DNA of 60,574 nucleotides, the filler included, from Dimargaris cristalligena (taxonomy: Eukaryota), in NCBI GenBank assembly GCA_003614675.1. It is 6 parts of 6 records of this genome, joined end to end, with 100 filler letters (N's around TTAATTAATTAA, not from the genome) between each part and the next. Parts side by side here need not be neighbours in the genome. Positions count along the whole stretch, not along the records: positions 1 to 10,041 come from ML003209.1; positions 10,142 to 20,179 come from ML003210.1; 4 more parts are not named here. One strand, given 5' to 3'. Shown in pieces: positions 1-12,037 of the stretch. The notes under the pieces are model-generated. The model was given only the letters and a program-made list of their open reading frames with translations. It did not search any database and was not told the origin of the DNA. Position numbers and translations under genes: made by a program. The number at the start of each line of letters is the position of its first letter. Positions within the stretch are counted from its first letter, which is position 1.

Positions 1-1397
1 TGATGTTCTTCATCTTTTCTAAACTAAAAATAGTTTGGCCGGGATATGCTATTAGAGTTTAAGCAGGCCCGGCCACAACAGTGTTGTGTGTCACCCTAGT
101 AAATTGGCTTTAAGCTAGTGCCCTCTACTCAACTAGACTAGGCCTTATTATGCCATGCTATCGTTCTCGAAGTCATGTCCGCTGGCCTGAGATCCCCTTA
201 TATATCACCTCCTTTTGATGACCTGGCTCCACCTTGTACACTCGCCCACTAATCCCAGGTGCCATCCACCACCCCTATGTCTTTGGTGGAAGTAACCAGC
301 CCAACCGATATGCCTATGACAAACACCGGCTTATATTAGCCCATAACTGACCCCGGTATTAAGAATTTCGTACATGGCTAGCAGTATAGGTTGGAAAAGG
401 GTTCAGCAAACCACCCTAACAGCAACCTTAACACCATACTGGTTTTGTTGTTCCGTTCGAATCAGTCATATCTATGGTTCCCAATAATTATTGTAAAGCC
501 AGGTTAATGAGTTAAGCTACTTGGTCCTGTGAAACTAAATGGCATCCCCAGTCCTACTGAACATATTATCTATGTTCGCATCCTGCTGGCGTGTGTATCG
601 TTATTGTGAATTTGCGAAATCGTGTGCTCTCTCCCAGCCCTACACCGCATCTATGCCGACCATGTCTTAAGACAGTTCTCCATTGAAGGCGATACTCACC
701 CCTGGTGCAATGGAAAAATGAATCAATGGATTCATTTTTGAACTATAGTATCTCATTCTACCATTTCACTGGCTCGAGACTACACAGGTCACAACCCACG
801 ATGCTGTTAGTTTTGGGCATTGCGAACATATATATGATTGTATAGGATTGCTGGGTGACTTTAAACCTTTGGTTCAACATGGGGTGGCCAAACCGAATAC
901 AGCTATTCGGCGTCTCACTGCAGTTCCTTATAACAACAGCAATAATAATAAGCGCTCACAATTATAGCACAACAAATTACTGGGGCTGGGGTGGCAGTCT
1001 CTATAGTGATAGAGCCAGAGTGAGGCACACCGATGCGGGAAATCTGCGTATAGGAAAAATCGCACTCATTCAATTTCATCGACAGGGTCAACCATGTCCT
1101 CTCCTTGAGTAGCCCATTTAATCGGCTATATTTTTACAGCCATGAGACTAGCTTACATTTATATAAAAGCTCCAGCGTCTCCCCTCCCTATTTCAAACCA
1201 TATCTAAGCAACATTTCCCTATTCACAATTACCCCGTCTACAACCAAGACCACCATTTCACTGACACAGATTTTCACATTTACGCTCCAGTATTTGTCAA
1301 CATCACCCCCACTCCAACTGCTCGACATTCCTCCGACTACAACTATCGTTTCCAACTCCAACCCTACCTCCCCACCCGTCTGCCCACCCCCTTTTTC

Positions 1398-2018
1398 ATG
1401 TTGAATTTCAAGTCGACCACCGCCCTGCTCGTTCTGGCCATCACCGTTAGCAATCTAACTGTCAGTCAGGCTTCTCTGCCTCATGATATCCACCAAACTT
1501 ATTCGGGCCCAGCGTCTTTGCAACGTCGGAGTCCCAGTAATGGGGCGTCCAGCGCTGTTCGTAGAGCAGTGAGGATCAACAATCCCCTAGACTCTTTGCC
1601 TGATCTGCTCAGCGATATTTACGATGCCTGTACTCAAGAATCACCCGCCCCCGTTGAGAAAAAAGACAATAAGCCCGCATCCATACCCGGCTCCTCACTC
1701 ACATCTAAGCCCGATTCCCCACCGGCATCTAAACCCGCCTCCCCACCTGTATCCGCGACCGCGAGCAAGTCGGTGGACGAATGTGAAAAGAAAAAAGAAA
1801 TCGCTTTAGTGAAATTTCGGGATATGATGGTGGAGAAAGCAACTGCAAATGAGAACACCCAAAAACTTTGGGAAATTTTTCAAAAATTGCCCACAAAAGA
1901 ATTCAGCGCCTTTTTGAACAACGTGAAGATCGCGGGGATTGATTTAAAGTGGGAAGGGAGTGGTGAACATAATGAGGATTTAAAAGTTCCCATCAGTGCT
2001 GGCAGAGGTAAACAATAA
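1398..2018 (+). CDS. Orphan secreted protein, 206 aa (signal peptide, LQRR dibasic site, Pro/Ser-rich linker flanked by two Cys)
   Basis: Intronless ORF. N-terminus MLNFKSTTALLVLAITVSNLTVSQA is a hydrophobic signal peptide. TATAAAA near 1162 and AATAAA-like signals downstream. No family recognised. Confidence 0.75.
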   Translation: MLNFKSTTALLVLAITVSNLTVSQASLPHDIHQTYSGPASLQRRSPSNGASSAVRRAVRINNPLDSLPDLLSDIYDACTQESPAPVEKKDNKPASIPGSSLTSKPDSPPASKPASPPVSATASKSVDECEKKKEIALVKFRDMMVEKATANENTQKLWEIFQKLPTKEFSAFLNNVKIAGIDLKWEGSGEHNEDLKVPISAGRGKQ

Positions 2019-2877
2019 ATGTATATTGGGCTGTTTGGGCTAAGAGGCCCCTCTGTTTAAATATCACCATCCATGGTTGCTTCTTTGACTTCTTCATGTT
2101 CCCTAATAGCTGCTTGGCCGGCCCCATTTGTCGTATTTCTCAAATAAATAACACTGTTGTGTAAAAGACGGGCTGCGATAATGTATATTAATCCCCCATG
2201 TGAAATAGTCTACGGAACGCAGTGGTTTTTTATCTCAAATAGCAGTGAGCGAGAATAGTCTATGGCCAATGTACGACCTTGGTTGAGGGAGGTAATCATG
2301 GATTATGTATGGTTTTAACTGCATGTACAGCTCAATCCAGTACGCCAAATATCGCGAGTACAGTTGAGCAGAATCTATAAAGAATAGGAATTAACCCCCG
2401 GTTGGTGCCTAGGAAATAGTATGGGCTGTTGAAAGCCAATATCTGGTTGTGTAGGTCATTTTAATACCAGCTATTTAACTAGATTTGATTGCAGTAAGAA
2501 GGTGAGAGCAAGGGAAAGGCCTGAGGAATTGGCCAAAGAAGTGGTTGCAAATAAATTAGTAGGAATGGTGCTAAGGTTGTTATCGAGTAAATATGGGTTT
2601 TGGGAAGAGTAACGGCTACATGGCATAGCAAGATACACATACAGCACTGTACGACTATACAGAAGTATACTATACCTATGGACCGTGGCTATTCCTAGTG
2701 GCTGGTAAGGAAGAGGTAGTATTTAATGGCACCCCTGTCCACCACACCTGTTGTGTAGGCTGCTAGGCAGTGGGTCAAATGAAAAAGTTCATGTCTAAAA
2801 TACTATTCGAAGGATGGAACAGCCAACTGCTATTCTGATGTTATCAACTTTAGAATTAGAGTGGCCAGCCATCATAT

Positions 2878-3013
2878 GGGCGATATTCGGCCCAGCTGTA
2901 TTGGGATTTAAATGATAACTGCACGAGAAAATGAGTGGGCAAACCATTTTCAGCCAGTAGTAGTTTCCTCATCCAATGGGGTATTCGTTATACAGCCTGG
3001 TTGAACCTCTCCC
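2878..3013. mobile_element. MITE copy 1 (diverged), GGG...CCC termini, TSD ATAT
   Basis: Ends gggcgatattcggcccagctgtat ... atacagcctggttgaacctctccc are imperfect inverted repeats. Flanked by ATAT on both sides. Aligns by eye with the copies at 18693, 19374 and 35041. Confidence 0.8.
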
Positions 3014-3394
3014 ATATATATGTTTATATCGTTGGATAGTCCATCGTTCAAATTAACAGTGTATTAGGCACTGTTAAAGCAAACAACACTAAGGGGACTG
3101 GAGCAGCAGGAATACCCCTATGCAATTATTGGAATAAAATACCGACGGTAGCAATCACCCATAGATTATGTATATACTTATTACAAGGGCAGCAACATGC
3201 CAATTTCAGTCCTAAGGTAAAGTATTTCTATTGGGATTCCGATATCGAAGAAAATGCGACATTCGTGATGTGGGGATATGTGCCTGAAATGTCATGGCGG
3301 TAGAAAAGTAGGAGGAGCATCAAGCCCCTGTGTAGTGCACAAGTAATGGAAAAGAACCGGTCGGATAACGGGCGCTATACAGATCCCACCGAAC

Positions 3395-4153
3395 TTATTT
3401 ATAGGTGACCTTGGGGATGGTGATGACCTGGGAGGTTTTGGCGTACCGGTCCATGTTGAGGAAACCGATGTAGGGAGTGACATCCCAATAAACGGTGAGG
3501 TTAGCCTCGGTGGCTCTATAGAGGGCAGAAGCAAGTCGGGTAGAATACAGCATTAATAGTAGGCTTAGCATACCGATTAGTTAACCAAGGGCGGGTTATT
3601 ATAGGAGAGTGTCGAAGCACAAACCAGTCGGACCAGATATACGTCTACTCGTCCGTAATCCGGCGTGACTATTGCCTATATATAGATACATAGATCCATA
3701 CAGCGGCCCCCGTAGCCGTGGCTCAACTTACCCGAAAACCTCGTCGTAATCCCGGAACAAATACTTGTTGCGGTATTTTTTGAGGTGGAACTGGGCGTCC
3801 TCGGGACTCTGGATGATGCTATCCCACAGCACGACCTTATTGACCGAGTTGGTGGGGGTGGTGTATTCGGCCACAATCATCATAAACACCTGTTTGGCGT
3901 TCCAGTGGAACAGACTGGCCACATCGGCCTCAATGTCAAAGGCCAGGCTGGCGTAATGGGCGCGGCGGGCCTGGGGGTCGTAGCCATCGTAGACGGAGGC
4001 CCCCTTGCGGACCTTGATGGCCTTGAGGGTGACGTCGGCCTGGGCCGAATTGGGGATCCAGAGGGACGTGTACGCGACGGTGAAGGCTAGGGTAAAGGCG
4101 ACGGTCAGGGCAAACGTGAATACGGCATTGAGCCGCTGCAAATGGTTGTACAT
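3395..4153 (-). CDS. SPC3: Signal peptidase complex subunit 3 (SPC22/23), 2 exons (4153-3732, 3515-3395), 180 aa
   Basis: Motifs FDIEADVASLFHWNAKQVF, NKVVLWDSII and RNKY are typical of SPC22/23. A GTAAGT donor at 3731 and TAG acceptor at 3516 splice in frame to ATEANLTVYWDVTPYIGFL...TYK*. Confidence 0.93.
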
Positions 4154-4727
4154 GGCGGGGGTATATGGAGGAGATGTGTGGGTTAGTTACAATAAAGCCG
4201 AGAAGGGTAGAGAGAAGGGCGGGAAAATGCCGAGCAAGAGAAAAGAGGCGGAGTGGGATGAAGAAGAGGGGAGGGAGCTCCAGTCTAAAGGGGCCGGGGG
4301 GCTAAGTCTAAATGAGGCCAAGGTGGAGAGATGAGATAAGTCAACTTGTGGGCTATACACACTGCCCAAAGTAAAAGGGACCAACTCCAGGGTGCCAACA
4401 CCGACACTCAGCCATAATCTTCCATAAATTCACCCACGGCTCTTTGTTCCTCAATAGATTTATGCCTATGCTTTTCCCGCCCGTAGAGCTCAGCGTTAAA
4501 CGGTGCTTTCTACAAATGTACGGTGGCCCCCCTTTGACTGCACAAATGCGAATTGGGCCTGCAAGTAACCAACTAGCCTATTTGTACTCTCCTACTTCCC
4601 TCTACGCACCCCTGCTACTATTGCCCAGGTCCTTCTCATTATTAAAAGTGGCTTTTGATTCCCTCTCACCACGGCCCCCTATTACTTAATTGGCGGTCAA
4701 TTACCCAGGCAACCCCCTCGCCAAACC

Positions 4728-6158
4728 ATGGAAGTCACCTCTCGCACCGTGCGCCGCCAACTTAATCAGTTCCTACTGCATTGCCATCCCGATTTCTTCC
4801 AGGCCCACCCCCAGCGCAAAGACCTCAATCAGGAATCCCTCCAAACTCTCCACGCTCTCCTCGAGCCGGTTCTAGCCACCGACCCTCCCGGCTACCGCGC
4901 TGCACCGCGCAAACAGAGCGACCCTGAGTCCGAGGCCCGTTCTTCAAAACCGGCGTCATTATCAACGTCTCCATCGGGGGCCCGGACTCCTCTGGAATGT
5001 CTAGCCCACCACGCTCTGGCTTGGGGAGATACCCTAGCAACACCGTCTATTCGAGTTTCATTTTTCCGTCGAACCCTTCCCAGAGACGACCCGCCAACCG
5101 GTATCCTATCCGCCGGCCCCACCCGATCCCCACCGGGCCCCGACAAGATTGAGCAGGTCTTTGGGCCCACCCCGAGTGTGTTGGCCCAGTTGGCCCAATC
5201 CCGGTCGACCGATGATGATAGTAGGCATAGTCTGCTTTCCCATCATCCCGAACCTATTCCAACCAAGACTTTGGCGGGTTACTATTGGTATACCGTGGCG
5301 GAACAATTTATTCGACTTTGCCAAAATACCGGAGTAGACGGGTCGACTGAACTTTTGGCGACCATAGTCCCTCTTCGCCAGGCCTGGCAGGAACGTCTCC
5401 AGAGCCCCCGTGGCAAACACGATCCTTCCGGATTAGGCGGGCCTGCCTCTCTAAAATCCCACCAGGGCCGTCAAGTATCAGCCCAGTCCACGTCCCTTTA
5501 CCAAATGCGGGAACAGTTCCAAAGGGGCCTTCGGGACGCCGAATTGCCAGAGTGGCGGCCGTCCCCTCCTCCATCCCAGCATCATAGCCATCATCAACAG
5601 CTGCATCCACCCACTATTTTAGATCCCCGGCGGGTCTTTTTTGTTCAGGGTATAGCCCTGGCCGATCACCCTAGACTCCTGCGGCGCTTGGATCGGGTTA
5701 TTGGGCGGTATCAAAAGGAACTCCAATTTGACCGGTGGTGGGACATCCCCATTATGGTATCTACTGCGTTTGAGCGGCAGCCCCCTGGGTTCCTCTGCCT
5801 GTCTCGCAGGTTCAGCCCTTCACGTAAGTACAAGGGGCCCCTATACCACTAAGCCTGCCCAATACCCTATTCGCCTAATATCCCTAATTAACTGCCTTTT
5901 GGTCCTCTTCGACCAGCCGTGTGGATTAACTCTGCATTATATTTGACCGGCACTAACCAACTGGGATGTCCAACCTATTTTTCCATTAATTATATATACC
6001 TCCGGATATGGATGCTACTTGGCCGAACAGAATTGATTGCATACGTGCAGAAAAATATCGACGCTATTATATCCGAAAGACGTCAACTGAATGCGACCCC
6101 GACCAGTAATTTGGTGGAAGAAACCTACAGTATTCACATACCACCAATAACCAGTTAA
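4728..6158 (+). CDS. TCAIM/DUF4460-like protein with a J-like HPD motif, 2 exons (4728-5823, 6031-6158)
   Basis: N-terminal LNQFLLHCHPDFFQAHPQRKDLNQESLQTL resembles the DUF4460 domain (HPDFF...N..SL..L). A GTAAGT donor at 5824 and CAG acceptor at 6030 join in frame to QLIAYVQKNIDAIISERR. Confidence 0.7.
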
Positions 6159-6962
6159 GCGCTTGGTTTTAATAGACCTACTTCTCCGCCGGGGTTTCCT
6201 CGCGTTTTACTCGAGTGTTCTATTAGAGTTGGTTGCATTGGGAATAGCAGGTGTACTTGCCCAGGTGACAATGCATACCCAGTAGCTTGTCCTGGAACCA
6301 TTTCTTTGGTCTCAGAACTACTGAGTGGCTATAAAAACCCCTAGAAGATACACGGCTCACCAGATTATTGGGCGTGGTAAATGAAGGCAAATGACCTGGG
6401 ATAAGACACGGGTGTTCGGGTTATAAGAAAACAACAATGTTGTTAAAGTGCACATATTGCCACCCTTGTGAATAGTAGTGGATTGATAGCTATTGTTAAA
6501 CGATGATTGGGCTAAGTCATTTAGAAAGCCAGTCAAGTATTCAATAAAATATTGCGCATGTCATTTAAATTATCGCCGACAATTGAGGAGGAAGGGCACC
6601 TCAAATTCCAAAGGGTAGTCCTGATAATCGCTCCAATTTATGCTTAATTGAACTGTGGGGTCAAAAATTTCGGCCCTTGTAGCCCAATGAGCCACTCGAA
6701 AATACCTATATCGTCCATATCCTTGCCAACACAATGCCCCAATTCGAAGTAAGCGGGTTGCTGTACAAACATTTCAATGCGTTTATCCCCTAACGAGGTA
6801 CCGTTAGGAGAGTTCCTCTATATCATTCATCCTCACCAGTTCTAATCCCCTATCGCGAAAGTTAATGGAATCTCTTAATGTGATTTTCTGATTCATGCCA
6901 GCATACCCACCGACAGCTATTAGTCATTTACGTGAAACCTATTTATTATAGTGGTAAAGTGC

Positions 6963-7360
6963 TGTTGCCCGAATTAACCACTCTTAGTCCATCAAGAGTC
7001 TCGGGGATAGGCTTCTAATGGTAGGCGGGGCATTGGGCATGGCCAAGCGGGCTACTAGCGTTAGGTAGGGCTGATACTAACTGAATAAAGCAAGGGTCGC
7101 TATGTATGCAGGGGACGTGCACCGATGCACACTTACTAGTCAGTATGGGGGGTGAGCGTATATAGGGTTTATTAAGGTAACTAAGGGGTCAGAATAAGCT
7201 AAGGTATTAACCGGTCCCCATCGGGGGCCCAGTTATATATACGCGGGGGACTACTCCAAGGGAGGTCCCGAGGGGAAACTACATAACTAAGATAACAATA
7301 GGGAGGGCCGGGTGGTCCTCGTACGAGCGGATGGATTAGGTCAGATTAGGAGGGGCGACA
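6963..7360 (-). mobile_element. Solo LTR copy A (398 bp, shorter variant), TSD AGTGC
   Basis: Reads TGTCG...CAACA on the minus strand with a perfect 5-bp duplication AGTGC at 6958-6962 and 7361-7365. Homologous to the copies at 20599, 24074 and 51271. Confidence 0.88.
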
Positions 7361-8627
7361 AGTGCCTATCCCCTCTATTTTAGTTAGCACGGATGTCTAT
7401 TAAATTTGTTTCGCACTGGACTCTACACCCTTTGCCAAACCTCGCGAATAGGTTTTCAAAAGCAGGAGTGGTGAACACGACAGCTGTCAAAGCTGGTACT
7501 TGGGTAGTGTACTTTTAGTTGGTCGATGCTGAGAACTTGCCTACGTACCCGACAGCACTAACTAATAAACATCGCCCTATCCTCCCCATTTCTACCGACC
7601 CTAGTATTAAATTTGAATAAAGTTTTATCAACAGCATTTGCTGCATATGTTATATGTAAGGGAAGGTACCAAAATAAGCGTATAATGTAAGAATTAAATG
7701 CGCCAAGGCGCCTATTAATATTCCAATGAGGGAACTGATTGGTAGGGTCCAATCGGCCGATTTATTTTCCGAGTCGGGGGGTGAAAATGTAAAGGGGGCA
7801 AGGGGAAAATGATGAATAACGGCATAGGCGAGAAGGGGCTCGGGTTTAGGTCCCAAATCAATTATACCTTTACTGGGGACCCAGTCGGTCGGTCCCAGTA
7901 ATAGGGCTCGTATTGAGAATATAGCCACTTCATTGCTGTATGGCTTGGAGCTCACCAGGTGGTAAAGAGTTGGCAGGACTGGAAATCGAAATCATTTAAT
8001 TATATCTAAACCAATATATGCACCACAAGCAGCTAGTGGTTAGCCGTAAACTACTGTCCCTTTGGCCAAGAGGTTTCCCTTCTAACGACTTTATTGTTTT
8101 GCATAGGCCATTAGGGCCGATTGAAAAGCGGTGAAGGCCCCGAGTTAAGCCAGTGCCCCAGTCAGCAGTAATATGTCCCAGTCCCGTGCCTAGGTATTTT
8201 CCGCCTTTTCCCACTATTGCCAATCTACGCCATAATATAGTAGGTATTTGGGATGGGTGTGGCAGTGTGCCGTGGAGAGCTGTAGGTGGGGGAATCGTCG
8301 GTTGAGAGGGAACATGGGAGCGTACTGCAAATGAATATATAAATACCCATTGCTGCCGTGTCCTAGAATGATAACCATCGTTTTCCGTCTATCCTTAGTA
8401 ATCAAGTATGTACCCCGCGTACGTATTTAGTCATCAATTATAGCCTCAGGTAATTTCCAATGGTCTTGTCCAAAAAAATCGGAGCTAGTATCCCCTTACA
8501 TTTTTTTGCGAACAAGTGATATACCGATTTATTGATATCTTGTACGATTTTCATATTGCTGGCCATTTACCTACTAGCCCTATCCGAACCCTGCCAAACA
8601 TCCCACCTCTACTTCGCTCCATTCAAC

Positions 8628-9188
8628 ATGGCAATTATGCGCGTGGGTGTCCTGTTTGCCTTAATGCTGTCCGTCGCCAACGGAATGGGCAATGGGGGAG
8701 ATGGGTCAACCAAGTCGGTCCAGTTTAACAACAAGCTACAAGTCGCCCTTTTCCATAAGGATGTGAACGTAGACACCCACCTAAGTCCAGATGAAATCGA
8801 TGCCCCTTGGGCTGAAAGTGACGAGAAATCTGATCAGCATAAAGCTAATTCCGGTTGGAATTCTAGGGCCAACTCAAATGGCTGGGATACAACTACTATC
8901 TCCAGGGATGCTGGGACCGAGTTCGGGGACCCGCCCAAGGATACTGCTGCTGGTCCTTCAAACAAAGGTAGTTTCGCAATGGCAATGCTAAACAATCCCA
9001 GCCCTCGGCAAGCAACCCGCTTTTCTTTGACTTCTAATAGAATGAAAATTCCCGAAACGCCCATTAGTTACTATTCGGCGGAATCTGAGGTCATAAATCC
9101 GGTCATTGATAATGCGGTGGAAAGCAATCCTCAGCCACGCTTTAACAGAGGATTTACCTGGCAGAGTGGTAATGGTGCCGGCCAATAG
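8628..9188 (+). CDS. Orphan secreted protein, ~186 aa, low complexity
   Basis: ATG in caacATGg context at 8628 gives MAIMRVGVLFALMLSVANG, a signal-peptide-like start. The ORF-track start at 8532 is a TTG and is probably not used. Confidence 0.65.
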   Translation: MAIMRVGVLFALMLSVANGMGNGGDGSTKSVQFNNKLQVALFHKDVNVDTHLSPDEIDAPWAESDEKSDQHKANSGWNSRANSNGWDTTTISRDAGTEFGDPPKDTAAGPSNKGSFAMAMLNNPSPRQATRFSLTSNRMKIPETPISYYSAESEVINPVIDNAVESNPQPRFNRGFTWQSGNGAGQ

Positions 9189-10041
9189 GCTGTTTCAGTA
9201 ATACCGGAGCGAGCACCAGAAACTAGTGGCAGGTACAACAGCATGCTCCCTTTTCTTAGTGTAGTGCATACTAGCTTTCTTTGTTATAGACCTAATGAGT
9301 TTTCCCATTACCTGATCCCCCGTGGTTTAGATTATTGTTATTAGCAATAAAAAATTATCCTAAATGGTCTTTATCTGGCCGTACATTTTGAGTTCTAATT
9401 ATAAACTTTGTATTAGTGATATAACACATTTTGAATTGTAAACTGCCTGATTTGAAATTGGTAGCTATATGGTGCTCAATGGTTACAGTGACAGTTTTCA
9501 ATCTAATATATTCAAATGGAGCTAGATGTCAGATGAATTGCGGCTAAATTGATGTGTGCAATACTGAGATATAAAATAATTATCCACATATATAGATGCA
9601 GGGGATATATATGCATAAAAATGCAACTAAACTCTCCTCGTAGATATTCATTAGACATATTTCGACTAATAGGAATATTTATCATTAAACACCATTAGAT
9701 GTGACAGAGGATATCCATTGGTAAGAGGTATATTCTAGTATAATATTATTTTATTTTATTTCTTTATTTGGGAGAAATTTGGCCCAGCTGTAAATAAACT
9801 GGGTATGTATGTGTGGGGTTATTTCATAATAATTTACATAGTAAAAGGGTAGTGCTTAAATGACCATAGGGCCAAAGTAGTACAGTTTACAGGGCCCAGG
9901 AAAAACACAACCTAAGAGGTTAAAACCATACTAATGTAAAATTTCAACAGTCATTCTGTAATCTGATATTGTAAAAATATAATATATAAAAAGTTGTAGC
10001 ACCAACTATTCCCAAGTGGTCACCCACCTCAGTACTAAATT

Positions 10042-10141
10042 NNNNNNNNNNNNNNNNNNNNNNNNNNNNNNNNNNNNNNNNNNNNTTAATTAATTAANNN
10101 NNNNNNNNNNNNNNNNNNNNNNNNNNNNNNNNNNNNNNNNN
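10042..10141. other. Artificial contig linker
   Basis: 44 N + TTAATTAATTAA (stops in all six frames) + 44 N. Confidence 0.98.
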
Positions 10142-10579
10142 ATCAACTGCTTATGTGTTATCTCTTGTAAACTCGTCCGAGGCGTAGCCCTTTAATCATA
10201 TCTTAGATTATTGTGTACGACAGTAATAAGAGAAGAAAATAACGCTCTCAGGAGCAATAAGTAAATCACATACAATCACTAATTTCCAACAAATAGACTG
10301 GTTGGGGCATATTTTTCAATAGCATAAAGATCCCTGGGAACTGGCCATTTAAGTGGGGTCGGGCATTTTTACAATGACTGACATTTATTCTGCTGGGATA
10401 TTGCGGGAGGCATACAATGGCACAATTAAGCCTAACCCAGTGATAAATGTGATTAGGGTTGATCTATGATAGTATTGGTCTTCTAGTGAGTAGCAGGCAC
10501 TAACCATAGCAGAGAACCGTCTCTTCAGCATTGATTTGAGAATATACGAGTGCTTTTACTAGAAACAATATATATATTA

Positions 10580-12037
10580 TTAATTTACTAGCCGATAAAT
10601 CCACCTTCTACAGATATTAGGTGCCGTTGCTACACGAATATGGTGATTGATCAGTCGAAGTGCGATCTTAAATTTATCAGGCTGATTGTCTAGATTCAGA
10701 TCCGCTGGGAAAGGGATAAAGGAAAAACAAGGAGCATCACCCAGGAAAGCCTTGGAGCTGAATAGACTGGTGCAATTGTACCCTTGCTCATTCGTAAAGA
10801 ACTGAATGTTCAGGGTTTGGGATGGTTGATCAACTCCTATTCCATAAACAAACATTGGCTGATTTAAATTGTCTTCTTTGGAGGTAACAAAAGTTTCTAA
10901 TCGGCGATTGAACAAATGGGTTTCCGTACCTGTAGATTTTTTTTGCGACCTGATGTTACAACCCACCTTCTTTAAAAACAAGCTTGTGTTGGCTTTGATT
11001 TCCTCGCAAATGCCCGGCCCACCTAGTACGGAGCACAGGTGCTCTATAGCTTCCTTGGTAAGACTGGACGCTTTTGTGGAATCCACCTCCTCTGGGCTAC
11101 TTTTAGGAATTGCTATTCTGGCGAAGGCCTTCTGGGAAAGACGCTCACATAACCCGAGCGCGTACTTGAGTATATAATTAGGATCTTTGATAACGATATC
11201 GGCCTCCTGTCTTTCCTGTTTTGTTTTAAAGATGCGCGGTCTCCTAACCTTAAAATCGATCTTCCTACTGCCACTGACTGGCTTTGACGGCAATAACGAC
11301 AATATATGCGGTTGACCAACATTGGGGATGCTTAGCTGATTTTCCGGCTGGTTTATGTCAGCCGTCGAAGATGCAAAGCCGATTCTTTGGCGTTTCGGAT
11401 TGGGAAGTACAGGGTAGGGACTGTTCCTTGACCGTGTAATATAACTCAATAAATTGAGGCGAGTTGCGGGATCCAATAATCCTAGATTGATGGTCCCGAG
11501 TTGAGCACTAGACACGCCTACGGAGGCTTTGCTACTGGCTTCCACGGTACTAGAATTCCCGGTATGGTTCAAATCGGATTCTCCAGACGGATTAAGGGAG
11601 TTAGGTGGCTGATTAGGGGTGGAAGGCACCGGCGGGCCTGCAGGATCCGTAAGTTGGACATCGTCTGTATTATCAAAATTTAGATATTCCGCAAGATCAA
11701 ATCTCGGCTCGTACGGGGAGGCATCAGAAGAAGTGTTGGCAAGACTCAGAACTTGGTTGGCATTGACTTGAGGGACCATTTCCATCACGTTTCCCATTGT
11801 GGAAAATTGATGATAGTCAGCGATCATGTCGCTGGTAAGGGGGAGGGGGTCATGTGGTGGGAAGTAGGGACTAGAGAACAATTGGGGGTGCCCATTGTCG
11901 ACAAATGCGTTCGGCCCGCCATCAGTCGGAATGGATATCGGGGAGCCCTGGGTGTTCGAGAGGCAGCCGAAGCCTTGATCTAGAACCAGCATCCAAAGCA
12001 GACACAGGGCAGCGAGACAAGGAGTACCATAGATCAT
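10580..12037 (-). CDS. Orphan 485-aa protein with signal peptide, disordered N-half, basic NLS-like motifs and a globular-looking C-terminal region
   Basis: Long intronless ORF. MIYGTPCLAALCLLWMLVLDQGFG resembles a signal peptide. Contains PNPKRQRI and KVRRPRIFK. No family recognised. Confidence 0.7.
   Translation of the reverse strand: MIYGTPCLAALCLLWMLVLDQGFGCLSNTQGSPISIPTDGGPNAFVDNGHPQLFSSPYFPPHDPLPLTSDMIADYHQFSTMGNVMEMVPQVNANQVLSLANTSSDASPYEPRFDLAEYLNFDNTDDVQLTDPAGPPVPSTPNQPPNSLNPSGESDLNHTGNSSTVEASSKASVGVSSAQLGTINLGLLDPATRLNLLSYITRSRNSPYPVLPNPKRQRIGFASSTADINQPENQLSIPNVGQPHILSLLPSKPVSGSRKIDFKVRRPRIFKTKQERQEADIVIKDPNYILKYALGLCERLSQKAFARIAIPKSSPEEVDSTKASSLTKEAIEHLCSVLGGPGICEEIKANTSLFLKKVGCNIRSQKKSTGTETHLFNRRLETFVTSKEDNLNQPMFVYGIGVDQPSQTLNIQFFTNEQGYNCTSLFSSKAFLGDAPCFSFIPFPADLNLDNQPDKFKIALRLINHHIRVATAPNICRRWIYRLVN

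Noticed and set aside
83-433. Possible second solo-LTR family (TGTTG...TAACA with an internal TATA)
   Set aside because: No target-site duplication found and no second copy in the window.
7558-8405. Several short minus-strand ORFs next to LTR A
   Set aside because: Non-ATG starts and no coherent splice model or motif.
10086-10097. Recurrent TTAATTAATTAA palindrome every ~10 kb
   Set aside because: Synthetic linker inside N runs, not biological.
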